Source: Candidatus Fraserbacteria bacterium (GTDB lineage Bacteria > Bipolaricaulota > Bipolaricaulia > RBG-16-55-9 > DRXL01). From it: 28,126 nt of DNA. The position numbers and the translations under genes were made by a program. The notes beneath the pieces were generated by a model. That model was given only the letters and a program-made list of their open reading frames with translations. It did no database searches and was not told the origin of the DNA. Positions 8,437 through 19,756 of the stretch are shown piece by piece (the stretch's first letter is position 1; each line of letters begins with the position of its first letter). Location of the stretch: assembly GCA_947085185.1 (NCBI GenBank), contig CAMTVK010000020.1:1-28126 (forward strand), read 5' to 3'.

Positions 8437-8455
8437 TAGCTGAAGGTGAGCGACC

Positions 8456-9464
8456 ATGTTAAGAAAAACTTGTTTACTCAACATAGCATTCTTGGGTTTC
8501 CTGGCCATAAGCGGCTGTACCCAAGCAAATTGGGTGAGCCTGAATGACAATGCTACGAGGGATACCCCTTTGAGTCAGCCTTCCAGTTCTTCTTTGACCT
8601 GCCAGGTTGTAGAACTTCAGGATTCAGCTAAAGATGCAGCCCTACAGCAGGCTTTGGCTGATCCTCAAGTTCAGTGGCTTATAGCCCAAATGGAGGAGCG
8701 AGGGCTCCTTTCGGATCTAAAAGCAGTTCAAGCCTTTCAGGCAGGCAGAGCTTACTTGCAAGTCATTATTTTCTTTAAGCCTCATGGCCACTTAGTGTGG
8801 TGGAGACAAGAAAGCGGAGAAACCTTTGCTAAGGCTATCATCAGCCAAAAACAAAAATGGGAAATCCTTGACCCATACGATGAATGGCAAAGATTCAGGT
8901 CAGTCGCTATAACGGAGCTTAAGGAGATTCTCAAGGGCCTTCACAAGAACAAAGAATTTCAGAAGACCAACAAGGATTTTGAAGACAAAGGCTACAAGTT
9001 AGCGGAAGAGAAGGCACGAGGTATACTGAACGAGACTAAGGGAGAATACCTTCTTTGGCTGCGCTGGCAGAAACAAGAAATGGAAGGCAGTGCACCCAGA
9101 GCGATTCCTCTTCTCATTGACGATGGCTATAGCACTGGTGGGGGTGGCACGGATATCGCTGTAATTTATGATCCAACTACAGGGAAATTGATACTGTGGG
9201 TAGTGCCTCCAGAACTAGTCAGATTTCTTGAATGTTTCGTAGACTGCCTCATTGACAATTACGGCCCAATAGCTTTAGAAATTATACTCATCGTTATACT
9301 CATTTTTGATGACTGTGTAGAATCTTGCACATGGTGCGCTAGAGCGCCATCTTTTGAACCCGGCATGCTGGGGATGTGCCGGGTGCCTAGCGTTCGGGCT
9401 GGCAGCAGTAGCAGGTGGGGCTTACGCAACCTATCATTGTGTCTCTCAGTGTAAAGGCCCATGA
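8456..9464 (+). CDS. Lipoprotein precursor with a C-terminal 10-Cys hydrophobic domain (candidate bacteriocin/toxin); frameshifted as given (ORF track ends at 9454)
   Basis: Lipobox ISG-C and a Gly linker (DDGYSTGGGG). The Cys pattern continues in the +1 frame (NPACWGCAGCLAFGLAAVAGGAYATYHCVSQCKGP*), whose stop at 9462-9464 overlaps the next ATG as ATGA. Confidence 0.7.
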
Positions 9465-9943
9465 TGAAGACCCGTTGGGAAGTTGGAACAATTGTGATAA
9501 CAATCCTATTCTCTTCAGTGGCAGCCTTGCTGCTACGACATGAGGCTACCAGCTTGTTCCCTAAGATCCTACCGACGGCAGATTTTGCAACACGCTTCCC
9601 AATAGCTTTGGGATGGCTTCTTCTTACAAGCTCGATCTTAAGTTTATTGGGATACGGCCTGACAAACTTTAACATCAACGCTTCCTTTCAGGTTCGACGA
9701 AAAACAGCGATAGCTTCTTTTATAGCTCTGCTTTTTTACGTAGTAATTACAGGATGCGTCATCATAGGCCTCGCTGGGGAGAGAGTGCTAGCAGGTCTTA
9801 CTGTTGTTTATGCAGGGAGTACGATATCGCTCTTAGTTTACTACACAAAAGACCCCACATGGTACAAGATACGACACTATCTCTTCTGGCTGATGTTCGT
9901 GGGCCTAGGTATTTGGTACATAGTGACTTATCTTTTTCATTGA
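9461..9943 (+). CDS. Small polytopic membrane protein, about 5 TM segments (candidate immunity protein)
   Basis: 160 aa with several hydrophobic stretches, low GC like the upstream gene, and ATGA coupling. Confidence 0.75.
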   Translation: MMKTRWEVGTIVITILFSSVAALLLRHEATSLFPKILPTADFATRFPIALGWLLLTSSILSLLGYGLTNFNINASFQVRRKTAIASFIALLFYVVITGCVIIGLAGERVLAGLTVVYAGSTISLLVYYTKDPTWYKIRHYLFWLMFVGLGIWYIVTYLFH

Positions 9944-10013
9944 TCGGCCATCTCGTCAGTGCTCAGGAGAGAGTCTGTCCCGCTGCCGTCACCTCATCTC
10001 TAGACCAATTTCT

Positions 10014-10042
10014 TTGCTTTTGATAGTTTAATTCAGTATAAT
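10014..10042 (+). promoter_or_regulatory. Sigma70 promoter of gyrB
   Basis: TTGCTT-17 nt-TATAAT. Confidence 0.75.
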
Positions 10043-10058
10043 TGTGCATCAGGGGTGA

Positions 10059-12005
<1,947 letters not shown>

Positions 12006-12009
12006 GCGC

Positions 12010-12642
12010 TCAGAGTCTCTTGCGCTCTTGGAGGCGCTTGACCATCTTCAGGCGAAAGATCTCTTCGCGCTCGTTTTGCTCCAGCACTTCCTCGATGTAG
12101 CGCTTCTTCGCCTTCAGCGCGGGAATGATATGCTCCTCCAGCGCGTTTATCTTGCTGTTGAGGCTGCGCATCTCACGCCCTACGGTCTTAATATTGTGCT
12201 CCAAGTGCGCAATGGCGAGCATCTTATCTAATAATCTCTCGGCGACCTCGGCGCATGCTTCTATGCGACTGCTGGTGCTGGCAGGGTTATACCCACGAGA
12301 GAGCATGTCGCGCCTGACATCGGGATGCTTGGCGTGAAAGATCTTTGTGCCCATGACGTTGTCTTGCGTGATCTCTAGGGAGATATCTTGACTGGTCGCC
12401 AGGGCTAACGATTTTAAAGTGATCGAGCCATCGCGGGCCCGCGTGAGAGCCAATAAGTCCTTCTGGTGCTTCAGGTCTGCTAGGAGGGCTTCGCGTTGCC
12501 CTTTATACTGGCGCACCATCGCCAAAAATCTGTTCAGGAGAGCTTCTTTCTTCTTTTCTAGAATGTGCTTGCCGCTCTGGGCGATCGCCAACTCTTGGCG
12601 GGTACGCAGCAGTTCGTCACGAGTCGCTTTCATAGTCTCCAT
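12010..12642 (-). CDS. atpD: V/A-type ATP synthase subunit D
   Basis: ATRDELL...GKHILEKKKEAL, NVMG, KINALEEHIIP, EREEIFRLK. Start ATG12642 with SD GGAGG. Confidence 0.92.
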   Translation of the reverse strand: METMKATRDELLRTRQELAIAQSGKHILEKKKEALLNRFLAMVRQYKGQREALLADLKHQKDLLALTRARDGSITLKSLALATSQDISLEITQDNVMGTKIFHAKHPDVRRDMLSRGYNPASTSSRIEACAEVAERLLDKMLAIAHLEHNIKTVGREMRSLNSKINALEEHIIPALKAKKRYIEEVLEQNEREEIFRLKMVKRLQERKRL

Positions 12643-13405
12643 GGCGTCCTCCAAAGCGTCGCTCGCGTCGCTGATATTCTAAAATAGCTCGGATCAGCTC
12701 GCTCTTATCGAAGTCGGGCCAATAGACGGGCGTCGAGACAAACTCCGCGTATGCGAGCTGCCACAACAGAAAGTTGCTGAGGCGCATCTCGCCGCCGGTG
12801 CGGATCACCAAGTCGGGATCGGGTGTTCCGTTGGTATAGAGAAATTTGTGAAAGTTCTCTTCAGTGATCGAGCGGGGATCGAGCCGCCCCGCGGCGGCTT
12901 CCATGGCGAGCTTCCGCGTGGCATCAATGATCTCCGCGCGTCCCCCGTAGTTGAGAGCCACGGTGAACGTCAGCTTGCGATTCCGTTTTGTCTCTTCGAC
13001 GATGCGCTCGATCTTGTGGAGCAAGCTTGTGGGGATCTTCTCGTGGAGCCGCCCGATGACCCGCACGCGAATCCCGTGGCGCTTGAGGTCCTGGCGCTCG
13101 TCCTCTATGGCTTGCTCAAGGAGCTTCATCAAAAAATCCACCTCGCGTGGGGGACGCCTCCAATTTTCCGTGGAGAACGCGTAGACCGTCAGATATTTGA
13201 TGCCAAGTTGAAGACACGCCTTGATAGTGCGCTTGAGGGCCTGGCGGCCCGCTTGATGGCCATGGTGGACGCTCAATCCACGCTGTTTGGCCCATCGCCC
13301 GTTGCCGTCCATGATGATCGCCACATGGATAGGGAGACGCGTGCGGTCGAGTTGTTGCAACAATCTCTGCTCTTCAGAGAGCGCGTTGATGGTGAGCGTT
13401 TGCAT
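12617..13405 (-). CDS. uppS: cis-prenyltransferase (undecaprenyl diphosphate synthase)
   Basis: HVAIIMDGNGRWA, YAFSTENWRRP, NYGGR, DPDLVIRTGGEMRLSNFLLWQ, RRFGG. Confidence 0.96.
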   Translation of the reverse strand: MQTLTINALSEEQRLLQQLDRTRLPIHVAIIMDGNGRWAKQRGLSVHHGHQAGRQALKRTIKACLQLGIKYLTVYAFSTENWRRPPREVDFLMKLLEQAIEDERQDLKRHGIRVRVIGRLHEKIPTSLLHKIERIVEETKRNRKLTFTVALNYGGRAEIIDATRKLAMEAAAGRLDPRSITEENFHKFLYTNGTPDPDLVIRTGGEMRLSNFLLWQLAYAEFVSTPVYWPDFDKSELIRAILEYQRRERRFGGRHGDYESDS

Positions 13406-14564
13406 ATTCTACAGCCCCCTTGTAATCCTGACGGTCTTCTATATACTGGGCGACCTGACGGAGCACACGGCCGGCCGTCGGCCCCAGCTCCCTCTCGATC
13501 TCCTTTAAACTTACGAAGACTTTCTCGAAATTTTGGGCGATGAGCTCTTGGGCGTGGCGCATCGCGCCGGTGGTGAGGATGAGCGTACGGACGCGCGCCA
13601 GATCGCGCCGCACTTGCTCAGGATCGGCCAACACCGCTTCCAACAGCTCACGCTCCCGGGCGGAGCTCTCTTGCCAAGCTTTCAGGAGCAGCGGCGTGCG
13701 CTTGGCCTCTAGCAAGTCTGCCCCCTCGTCCTTGCCTATCTCATCCCGCGCTCCAAAGATTCCTAACAGATCGTCTTGTACTTGAAAGGCGATCCCTAAG
13801 GGGATCGCGTATTCGCTCAGGAGCGCCAGATGATGGGCCGTCGCTCCTCCCAGAGCAGCCCCGATGTGCAGCGGTCCTTCAGTCGTGTATGCTGCAGTCT
13901 TGAGCTCGTACACTTTCAAGATCTCTTCTTCGGTGAGCGTATCGAGCGATCTCATGCTCAAATCCACGTCGAGCAGTTCGCCAAACGCAACCCGATAGAT
14001 CACATCGCTGAACGTATGGATGGCCTGAAGCTTGGGCTCGCTGGGAAAATCCGAGCCGATCAATATCTCATACGCGAGCGCTGAGGCGATATCCCCCATC
14101 AAGACGGCCATTGACATCCCAAAGTGTTCCGGTTCTCCCTGGTAGCGCGCGCGATAGCGCGCTTCGCGGAAGTACTCTTGCCACAGGAGATGCATCGTTG
14201 GGCCGGCGCGACGCTCGACACTGCGGTCAATGACGTCATCATGGATGATCAAGCCAGTCTGCAAGAGCTCTATGGCTACAGAAGCCCTGAGGATCGCCTG
14301 GGCATCGGTCCCTCCCATACACAGATAGCCGCAACAGAAGAGCAAAGGGCGGATGCGCTTGCCCCCGCGCGCGGCAAAACTCTGTAAGCTGAAGCGCTCC
14401 CTCCCCGCGAGCGCCAGCGCAGCCAACGGCGGCAAATTCTTCGCTGCCTCGGCTTTGTGCGCCAGCGAGCTCGTCAACGATCTCTGAAATTCTTGCTGGA
14501 AGAGCTCAACGATCTTTTGGATCGGCCGATCGCTGGCCAACAGCTCTAAGATGTTCACCACCAC
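13374..14564 (-). CDS. trans-polyprenyl diphosphate synthase (IdsA/GGPP-synthase-like)
   Basis: GGKRIRP, first Asp-rich motif IHDDVID..RR, GD, KT, second Asp-rich motif FQVQDDLLG, DLLEAKRT. GTG start. Confidence 0.92.
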   Translation of the reverse strand: MVVNILELLASDRPIQKIVELFQQEFQRSLTSSLAHKAEAAKNLPPLAALALAGRERFSLQSFAARGGKRIRPLLFCCGYLCMGGTDAQAILRASVAIELLQTGLIIHDDVIDRSVERRAGPTMHLLWQEYFREARYRARYQGEPEHFGMSMAVLMGDIASALAYEILIGSDFPSEPKLQAIHTFSDVIYRVAFGELLDVDLSMRSLDTLTEEEILKVYELKTAAYTTEGPLHIGAALGGATAHHLALLSEYAIPLGIAFQVQDDLLGIFGARDEIGKDEGADLLEAKRTPLLLKAWQESSARERELLEAVLADPEQVRRDLARVRTLILTTGAMRHAQELIAQNFEKVFVSLKEIERELGPTAGRVLRQVAQYIEDRQDYKGAVEYANAHHQRAL

Positions 14565-14575
14565 CCCCCTCCGGA

Positions 14576-14603
14576 ATTATAAAATATGCTCAAGCGTAAG
14601 CAA
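14576..14603 (-). promoter_or_regulatory. Internal promoter between atpB and the prenyltransferase genes
   Basis: TTGCTT-16 nt-TATAAT on the minus strand, followed by GGAGG. Confidence 0.6.
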
Positions 14604-14626
14604 CGCCCTGTGTCCCCTCCCGATGG

Positions 14627-16015
14627 TCACGGACGCGCACCCCGTCCATACCGAGCTATATATGCGTCCTCGACGCGGCGGAGCTCTGTGCGTGGGATCT
14701 CGCTCAGCAAGTCCCATGCCAGCTCGAGGCTCTCTATAATAGTGCGGGGCTGCTCCCCTTGGTTGATCAACTCGCCCTCGAAACGCTCCACAAAGCGCAG
14801 AATCTGGCGCTCTGTGGCGCCCAAGCCCGCCATACCAATGATCGCCGTAAGCTTCTCTAACTCCTTGCCCTGAGCGTAGAGTGCGTAGAGCTGATCTTGG
14901 ACCTGACGATGGTCCTCGCGGGTCTTGCCTTTGCCAATCCCTAAGTTCATCAATCGCGACAAGCTCGGCAGGGGATTGATCGGGGGATAAAAGCCCTTGC
15001 GGTCGAGCTCGCGACTCAAGATGATCTGCCCTTCTGTGATATATCCCGTCAGGTCAATGACCGGATGGGTGATATCGTCGTTGGGCATGGTGACGATAGG
15101 CAGCTGTGTGACTGAGCCGGGCTGACCCTTGATAATCCCAGCTCGTTCGTAGTTTGTCGCCAAATCTGTATACAGATATCCCGGATAGCCTCGGCGCCCG
15201 GGGATCTCTTCGCGGGCCGAGCTGATCTCCCGAAGGGCGTTCGCATAATTGAGCATATCGGTGAGGATGACCAAGACATCCCGGCCCTTGTCGAATGCGA
15301 AGTACTCAGCGGTCGTGAGCGCCAGCCTCGGCGTGAGAATACGCTCGATTGTGGGGTCATCGGCGAGATTGAGAAAGAGCACAGAGTTTGCCAGCGCGCC
15401 CGATTCTTGGAATTCTTTGTAGAAATAATTATATTCGCGAGATGTAATCCCCATCCCGGCGAAGACGACGATCAGTGCTTCTTTGGATTGGCGGATGACT
15501 TGGCGGGCGATCTGGACGGCGACCCTGTTGGCGGGCAAGCCCGCGCCGGTGAAGATCGGCAGCTTCTGTCCCTTCACGAGCGTATTCATTAAGTCTATGG
15601 CTGAGATCCCCGTCTCGATATATTGGGAGGGCTGCTGGCGACAGACGGGATTGATGGGGCTTCCCGTGATGGGGCGTTCGACTTCGGGCAAGATCTCTCC
15701 TAAGCCGTCACGAGGGTTGCCTGAGCCGTCGAGCACCCGGCCGAGCATATCTTCGGAGAGCCCGATCTTGACGACGTCGCCGCTGAAGAAGACCGCGGTG
15801 CCCTTCTTGTCTAAACCGTCGCTGCCCTCAAAGACTTGGACGACGACCGTGCTCTCGCTGACCTCGAGCACTTGACCGGATTTTTTGCGTCCCAGACTAT
15901 CCACGAGCGTGACGCGCTCGCCGTAGCGCACATCGGCGACATTGCGCAAGAAGACCAACGGCCCTTTGATCTCGGTAATCGTACGATAGGCTTTAGCGTA
16001 CAAGGGGGTATTCAT
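14627..16015 (-). CDS. atpB: V/A-type ATP synthase subunit B
   Basis: [58 protein letters not shown]. Confidence 0.97.
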   Translation of the reverse strand: MNTPLYAKAYRTITEIKGPLVFLRNVADVRYGERVTLVDSLGRKKSGQVLEVSESTVVVQVFEGSDGLDKKGTAVFFSGDVVKIGLSEDMLGRVLDGSGNPRDGLGEILPEVERPITGSPINPVCRQQPSQYIETGISAIDLMNTLVKGQKLPIFTGAGLPANRVAVQIARQVIRQSKEALIVVFAGMGITSREYNYFYKEFQESGALANSVLFLNLADDPTIERILTPRLALTTAEYFAFDKGRDVLVILTDMLNYANALREISSAREEIPGRRGYPGYLYTDLATNYERAGIIKGQPGSVTQLPIVTMPNDDITHPVIDLTGYITEGQIILSRELDRKGFYPPINPLPSLSRLMNLGIGKGKTREDHRQVQDQLYALYAQGKELEKLTAIIGMAGLGATERQILRFVERFEGELINQGEQPRTIIESLELAWDLLSEIPRTELRRVEDAYIARYGRGARP

Positions 16016-17757
16016 GCGATGGCCTCCTTGGCCCCCAGGGCGCTCAGCTCCTCAATGAGCTTGGGGAAATAGCTTTCGACCTGATCGTTGGGGGTATAGC
16101 GCATCTTGCTTAAAAGTTCCCATCCGGGGATCTTCAGGAGCTCTTCGTAGGGGATTTTGCCGAGCATCGCCGTGCACGCCCTATAGAACGCGAGGATCGC
16201 TTTCATCATATAGTACTGTTTCTTCATGGGGCAGAAGGCGTCCACCTCGTGAAATGCGTTCTGGCGCAAAAAGTCATCTCGAATGGTGCGCGCGATGTCC
16301 AACAGCAGCTTATCGGGGGCGCTCAGGGACTCCTTCCCCACCAGCTGGACGATCTTCTTGAGCTCGTCTTCTTTCTGGAGGATTTCTAGCAGTTCGCGGC
16401 GCATCTCCAGAAAGTCAGGGCCGACCTCTGTGATATACCAATCGCGCAGCGCATCGAGATAGAGCGAGTAGCTTGTGAGCCAATTGATTGCGGGGAAGTG
16501 GCGACTGTAAGCCAAGCGCGCATCCAGCCCCCAGAAGGCCCCAGCGACCCGCAGGGAATTCTGTGTGACGGGTTCAGAGAAATCCCCCCCCGGCGGCGAG
16601 ACCGCCCCGATGACCGTCACCGAGCCTACGCGCTTCTCACTCCCCACGCAGATCGCGCGCCCGGCACGCTCGTAGAACTCCGCGATCCGGCTCGCCAAGT
16701 ACGGGGGATAGCCCTCCTCACCGGGCATCTCTTCGAGCCTTCCAGAGACCTCGCGCAACGCTTCCGCCCACCGCGAGGTCGAGTCGGCCATCAGGGCCAC
16801 ATCGTACCCCATGTCACGATAGTACTCAGCGATGGTGATCCCCGTATAGATGCTGGTCTCGCGGGCAGCCACGGGCATATTCGAGGTGTTCGCGATGAGC
16901 ACCGTGCGCTGCATGAGGGGCTGGCCGGTGCGCGGGTCTTCCAGATGGGGAAACTCCGTCAAGACCTCGGTCATCTCGTTGCCGCGCTCGCCGCACCCAA
17001 TATAGACGACGATATCCGCGTCGGACCATTTGGCGAGGGCTTGTTGGGTGACGGTCTTGCCCGATCCAAACGGTCCAGGGACAATGGCACTTCCTCCCTT
17101 GGTGACGGGAAAGAAGACATCGAGGATTCTCTGGCCGGTGCAGAGCGGCACAGCCGCAGCGATCTTCTGTGCGATGGGGCGAGGGCGCCGAATCGGCCAG
17201 AGCTGCTTCATAAAGAGCTGCTGTCCCGTGTCCAACTCGGCTATGGGATCGTCTACGGTGTAGTCGCCCTCTTTGATCTTCGTGATCTTTCCTGAGACAC
17301 CCTCCGGCACCAAAATCTTGTGCCGGATCGCCGGGGTCTCTTGGACCCAGCCGACCACGTCGCCGTGGGCAACGTGAGTCCCAACTTTGACCGTGGGCAC
17401 AAAATGCCACGTTCGGGTGCGCGCTAGAGGGGCTCCTGTGGCACCGCGTGCGATGAAATTCCCGGTCTGATCGCGAATGATCTCCAACGGCCGTTGAATC
17501 CCGTCGTAGATCATTCCCAGCAGCCCCGGCCCAAGCTCAGCTAAAAAGGGCTGTCCCTCGCTCTTGACTGGCTCACCGACTCGTAAGCCGTCGGTCTCCT
17601 CGTAGACTTGGATGGAGACCTGATCGCCCTTGACCTCGATCACTTCGCCGACTAGGCCTAGCTCGCCCACTTGGACCAAATCACGGATTTTTATACCCTC
17701 CATGCCCTTGGCATGCACCACAGGGCCGGAGATTCTCGAAATTTTCCCGATGATCAT
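16012..17757 (-). CDS. atpA: V/A-type ATP synthase catalytic subunit A
   Basis: P-loop [46 protein letters not shown]. Start ATG17757 with SD AAAGGAG. No intein. Confidence 0.97.
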   Translation of the reverse strand: MIIGKISRISGPVVHAKGMEGIKIRDLVQVGELGLVGEVIEVKGDQVSIQVYEETDGLRVGEPVKSEGQPFLAELGPGLLGMIYDGIQRPLEIIRDQTGNFIARGATGAPLARTRTWHFVPTVKVGTHVAHGDVVGWVQETPAIRHKILVPEGVSGKITKIKEGDYTVDDPIAELDTGQQLFMKQLWPIRRPRPIAQKIAAAVPLCTGQRILDVFFPVTKGGSAIVPGPFGSGKTVTQQALAKWSDADIVVYIGCGERGNEMTEVLTEFPHLEDPRTGQPLMQRTVLIANTSNMPVAARETSIYTGITIAEYYRDMGYDVALMADSTSRWAEALREVSGRLEEMPGEEGYPPYLASRIAEFYERAGRAICVGSEKRVGSVTVIGAVSPPGGDFSEPVTQNSLRVAGAFWGLDARLAYSRHFPAINWLTSYSLYLDALRDWYITEVGPDFLEMRRELLEILQKEDELKKIVQLVGKESLSAPDKLLLDIARTIRDDFLRQNAFHEVDAFCPMKKQYYMMKAILAFYRACTAMLGKIPYEELLKIPGWELLSKMRYTPNDQVESYFPKLIEELSALGAKEAIA

Positions 17758-18356
17758 CTTAATACGCTCCTTTCGAACCATTGAGCATCTTCGCCGACGC
17801 GATTGGGGTTCTCTCGGTCCAGGTGCCATCGTAAGGGGTTATTGTGGATGTATTCCCGAATGCGGTTCAATTCTTCTTCGTTTCGGATGATGTGTTCATA
17901 ATAATTGCGCTGCCAAACGGGTAGGCCGGGCGTGCCGCGCAGGTGGTTGATCCTTTGGGTGGCGGCGGATTTGAACCCGGCGATGAACGACCCCAACGAT
18001 CTTTTGGGTGGGCCTGGACGTGCCGTCCGTAGGGGCGACCGGCCGGTCGCCCCTACATCGTATGCCTCGACGATGGGATGCGGTTCATCCCGGATGATCA
18101 CGATTCCGTGCACATGATTGGGCATCACCACAAATTCGTCCAATTGGATCTCGCGGCGCATTTGGGCGGACCGCCCCCATTCTTCGCAGGCGATGCGCCC
18201 ATGGGCGTTGAGGGCCATCTGGCCGCCCACCACGTCCCCAAACAGACATTCCCGCTGATAGGTGCAAATCGTGACAAAATACGCGCCTGCCTGCGAATAG
18301 TCGTATCCCTGTAATCGAATAGAACGTCGATGATGCTTCTCAGGGTCATATCGCAT
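17754..18356 (-). mobile_element. REP-associated tyrosine transposase (RAYT; Y1 HUH, IS200-related)
   Basis: RRSIRLQGYDYSQAGAYFVTICT, HUH motif VVMPNHVHGI, SLGSFIAGFKS, WQRNYYEHIIR, YIHNNP. Confidence 0.93.
18029..18056. repeat. REP-like perfect 28-bp palindrome inside the RAYT CDS
   Basis: GTAGGGGCGACCGG|CCGGTCGCCCCTAC. Confidence 0.9.
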
Positions 18357-18685
18357 TATGTGCCCTCACCCTCCACGTAGATCTTCTGTCCCAAGAAGCG
18401 TCGTGTCAGCTCGTCAATATATGTCTCTTCGCGGGCGACTTCTTCGGCAGGAAACGACGCCACCATCGGTAGCTCCACGTCTGAAAACGCCCTCTCAAAC
18501 TGTTCGATGTAGCGCTCATCGACCAAGACGATGCCCGCGTCGGGCATCTTGCGAATGGCCGCGATGATCCCCTCGATCTGCGCCTTCTGCTGAGAGCTCT
18601 CAACCGCCTCCAGCTCGAAGGCCGTGATCCCGGCCAATCGAAAGCCGTCGGCTAAGTCGCTAGTCGCCACGATGATCGGCTTCAA
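18356..18685 (-). CDS. atpF: V/A-type ATP synthase subunit F
   Basis: DLADGFRLAGI motif, 109 aa and position after subunit C. TTG start. Confidence 0.9.
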   Translation of the reverse strand: MKPIIVATSDLADGFRLAGITAFELEAVESSQQKAQIEGIIAAIRKMPDAGIVLVDERYIEQFERAFSDVELPMVASFPAEEVAREETYIDELTRRFLGQKIYVEGEGT

Positions 18686-19721
18686 GGTGGATCAGCTTCC
18701 TTTCGACCTCTTCGCGCGGGGCTTTGTGCCACAAGCCGCTCGCAATTACCCTTAAGTTCGTCATCTCGACAGTCTTGCGCCAGATATACACCAGCGCCAG
18801 ATGAATATCAAAGCTTCGCCCAACATCCAGCCGACACTGCTCACGGTAGAGAAAATTCTCTAACCGCTCTTGGAACTCGCCTGCGCTTAAGCTTCCGTTG
18901 AAGTCCCCGAGCTTGCGGGCATAATACGTGGCCTCTAATTTTCTGAAGAAGTCTGCTTTATCCCCGCTGTCGATCAGCTCTCTAATAAACTCTTCAGAAA
19001 GCCGCTCACCGCCCTTGAGAATGTATCTATACTTCTCTTCAGATTCCACGGCTTCCTCCACCACCCGCAGCGCGTAGACCAGATTGAGCACGTCGACTTC
19101 CGTGCCCAGCGCCAGGCGCACTAACCTCGCGTTCTCATCGCCGATGTCACGGAGCAAATCCCGAGAGCCGCCGAAGTAGAACGCATCGAGACTATTCTCT
19201 AGCGCGGCTAATCTTTTTGTGCGCTCATAGTCGGGGAAGCTCGCTGTTAATGGTTTGTAATAGCGGCTGCCCACCGCCACTAAATAATCGATACAAGCAC
19301 CGATGTTCTCTTTTTGAAGCAGCTCTTGATAAAACGCCGTGGGGTACAAAATTGTGGGGTAGAGGCTCTTTTCGATCTCCTCGGGTGGGGCGCCTACATG
19401 AAAGCCGCGAAGAATCGTCTTAAGGTTAAAAACTTCGAAGCGCTCTAAGATGATTTGAATGAGCGTCTTTGGGCCTTCGGGCGCTATTTGATAAAGCTTG
19501 CTGAAGACCCGCTGACCGTTGCGCATCAGAGCATCTTCGATGAGCTTGTAGCCCGAGTATTCAACAGAACTTCGCTCGATCTCTGGGCCATAGTCGGTCT
19601 GAGCTAGAAAGTTAATGAGATCAGAGAGCTCTCGCATCTCCAAGCAGGTCGCGAAGTCTTGGGGCTTAAGCAGCTTGGTCTTCATAAAGCGTAGTCGCGT
19701 GTTTAGATATTCGTAAGCCAT
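18660..19721 (-). CDS. atpC: V/A-type ATP synthase subunit C (d/AC39 family)
   Basis: YEYLNTRLRFMKTKLL, EVFNLKTILRG, EVDVLNL, EMTNLRVIASG. Confidence 0.92.
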   Translation of the reverse strand: MAYEYLNTRLRFMKTKLLKPQDFATCLEMRELSDLINFLAQTDYGPEIERSSVEYSGYKLIEDALMRNGQRVFSKLYQIAPEGPKTLIQIILERFEVFNLKTILRGFHVGAPPEEIEKSLYPTILYPTAFYQELLQKENIGACIDYLVAVGSRYYKPLTASFPDYERTKRLAALENSLDAFYFGGSRDLLRDIGDENARLVRLALGTEVDVLNLVYALRVVEEAVESEEKYRYILKGGERLSEEFIRELIDSGDKADFFRKLEATYYARKLGDFNGSLSAGEFQERLENFLYREQCRLDVGRSFDIHLALVYIWRKTVEMTNLRVIASGLWHKAPREEVERKLIHLEADHRGD

Positions 19722-19735
19722 CTCTTTACCTTGTC

Positions 19736-19756
19736 AACTTGCGAACTTGCAAACTG
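19736..19756. repeat. Short 8-nt-period tandem repeat AACTTGCG-AACTTGCA-AACTG directly after the atpE stop
   Basis: AACT(T/G) at 19736, 19744 and 19752. Confidence 0.55.

Noticed and set aside
9259..9678. 139-aa minus-strand ORF across the toxin/immunity junction
   Set aside because: Antisense to two coupled plus-strand genes, with no supporting signals.
17754..18356. Call as an IS200/IS605 element
   Set aside because: No tnpB and no subterminal hairpins; the motifs and GTAG palindromes fit a RAYT.
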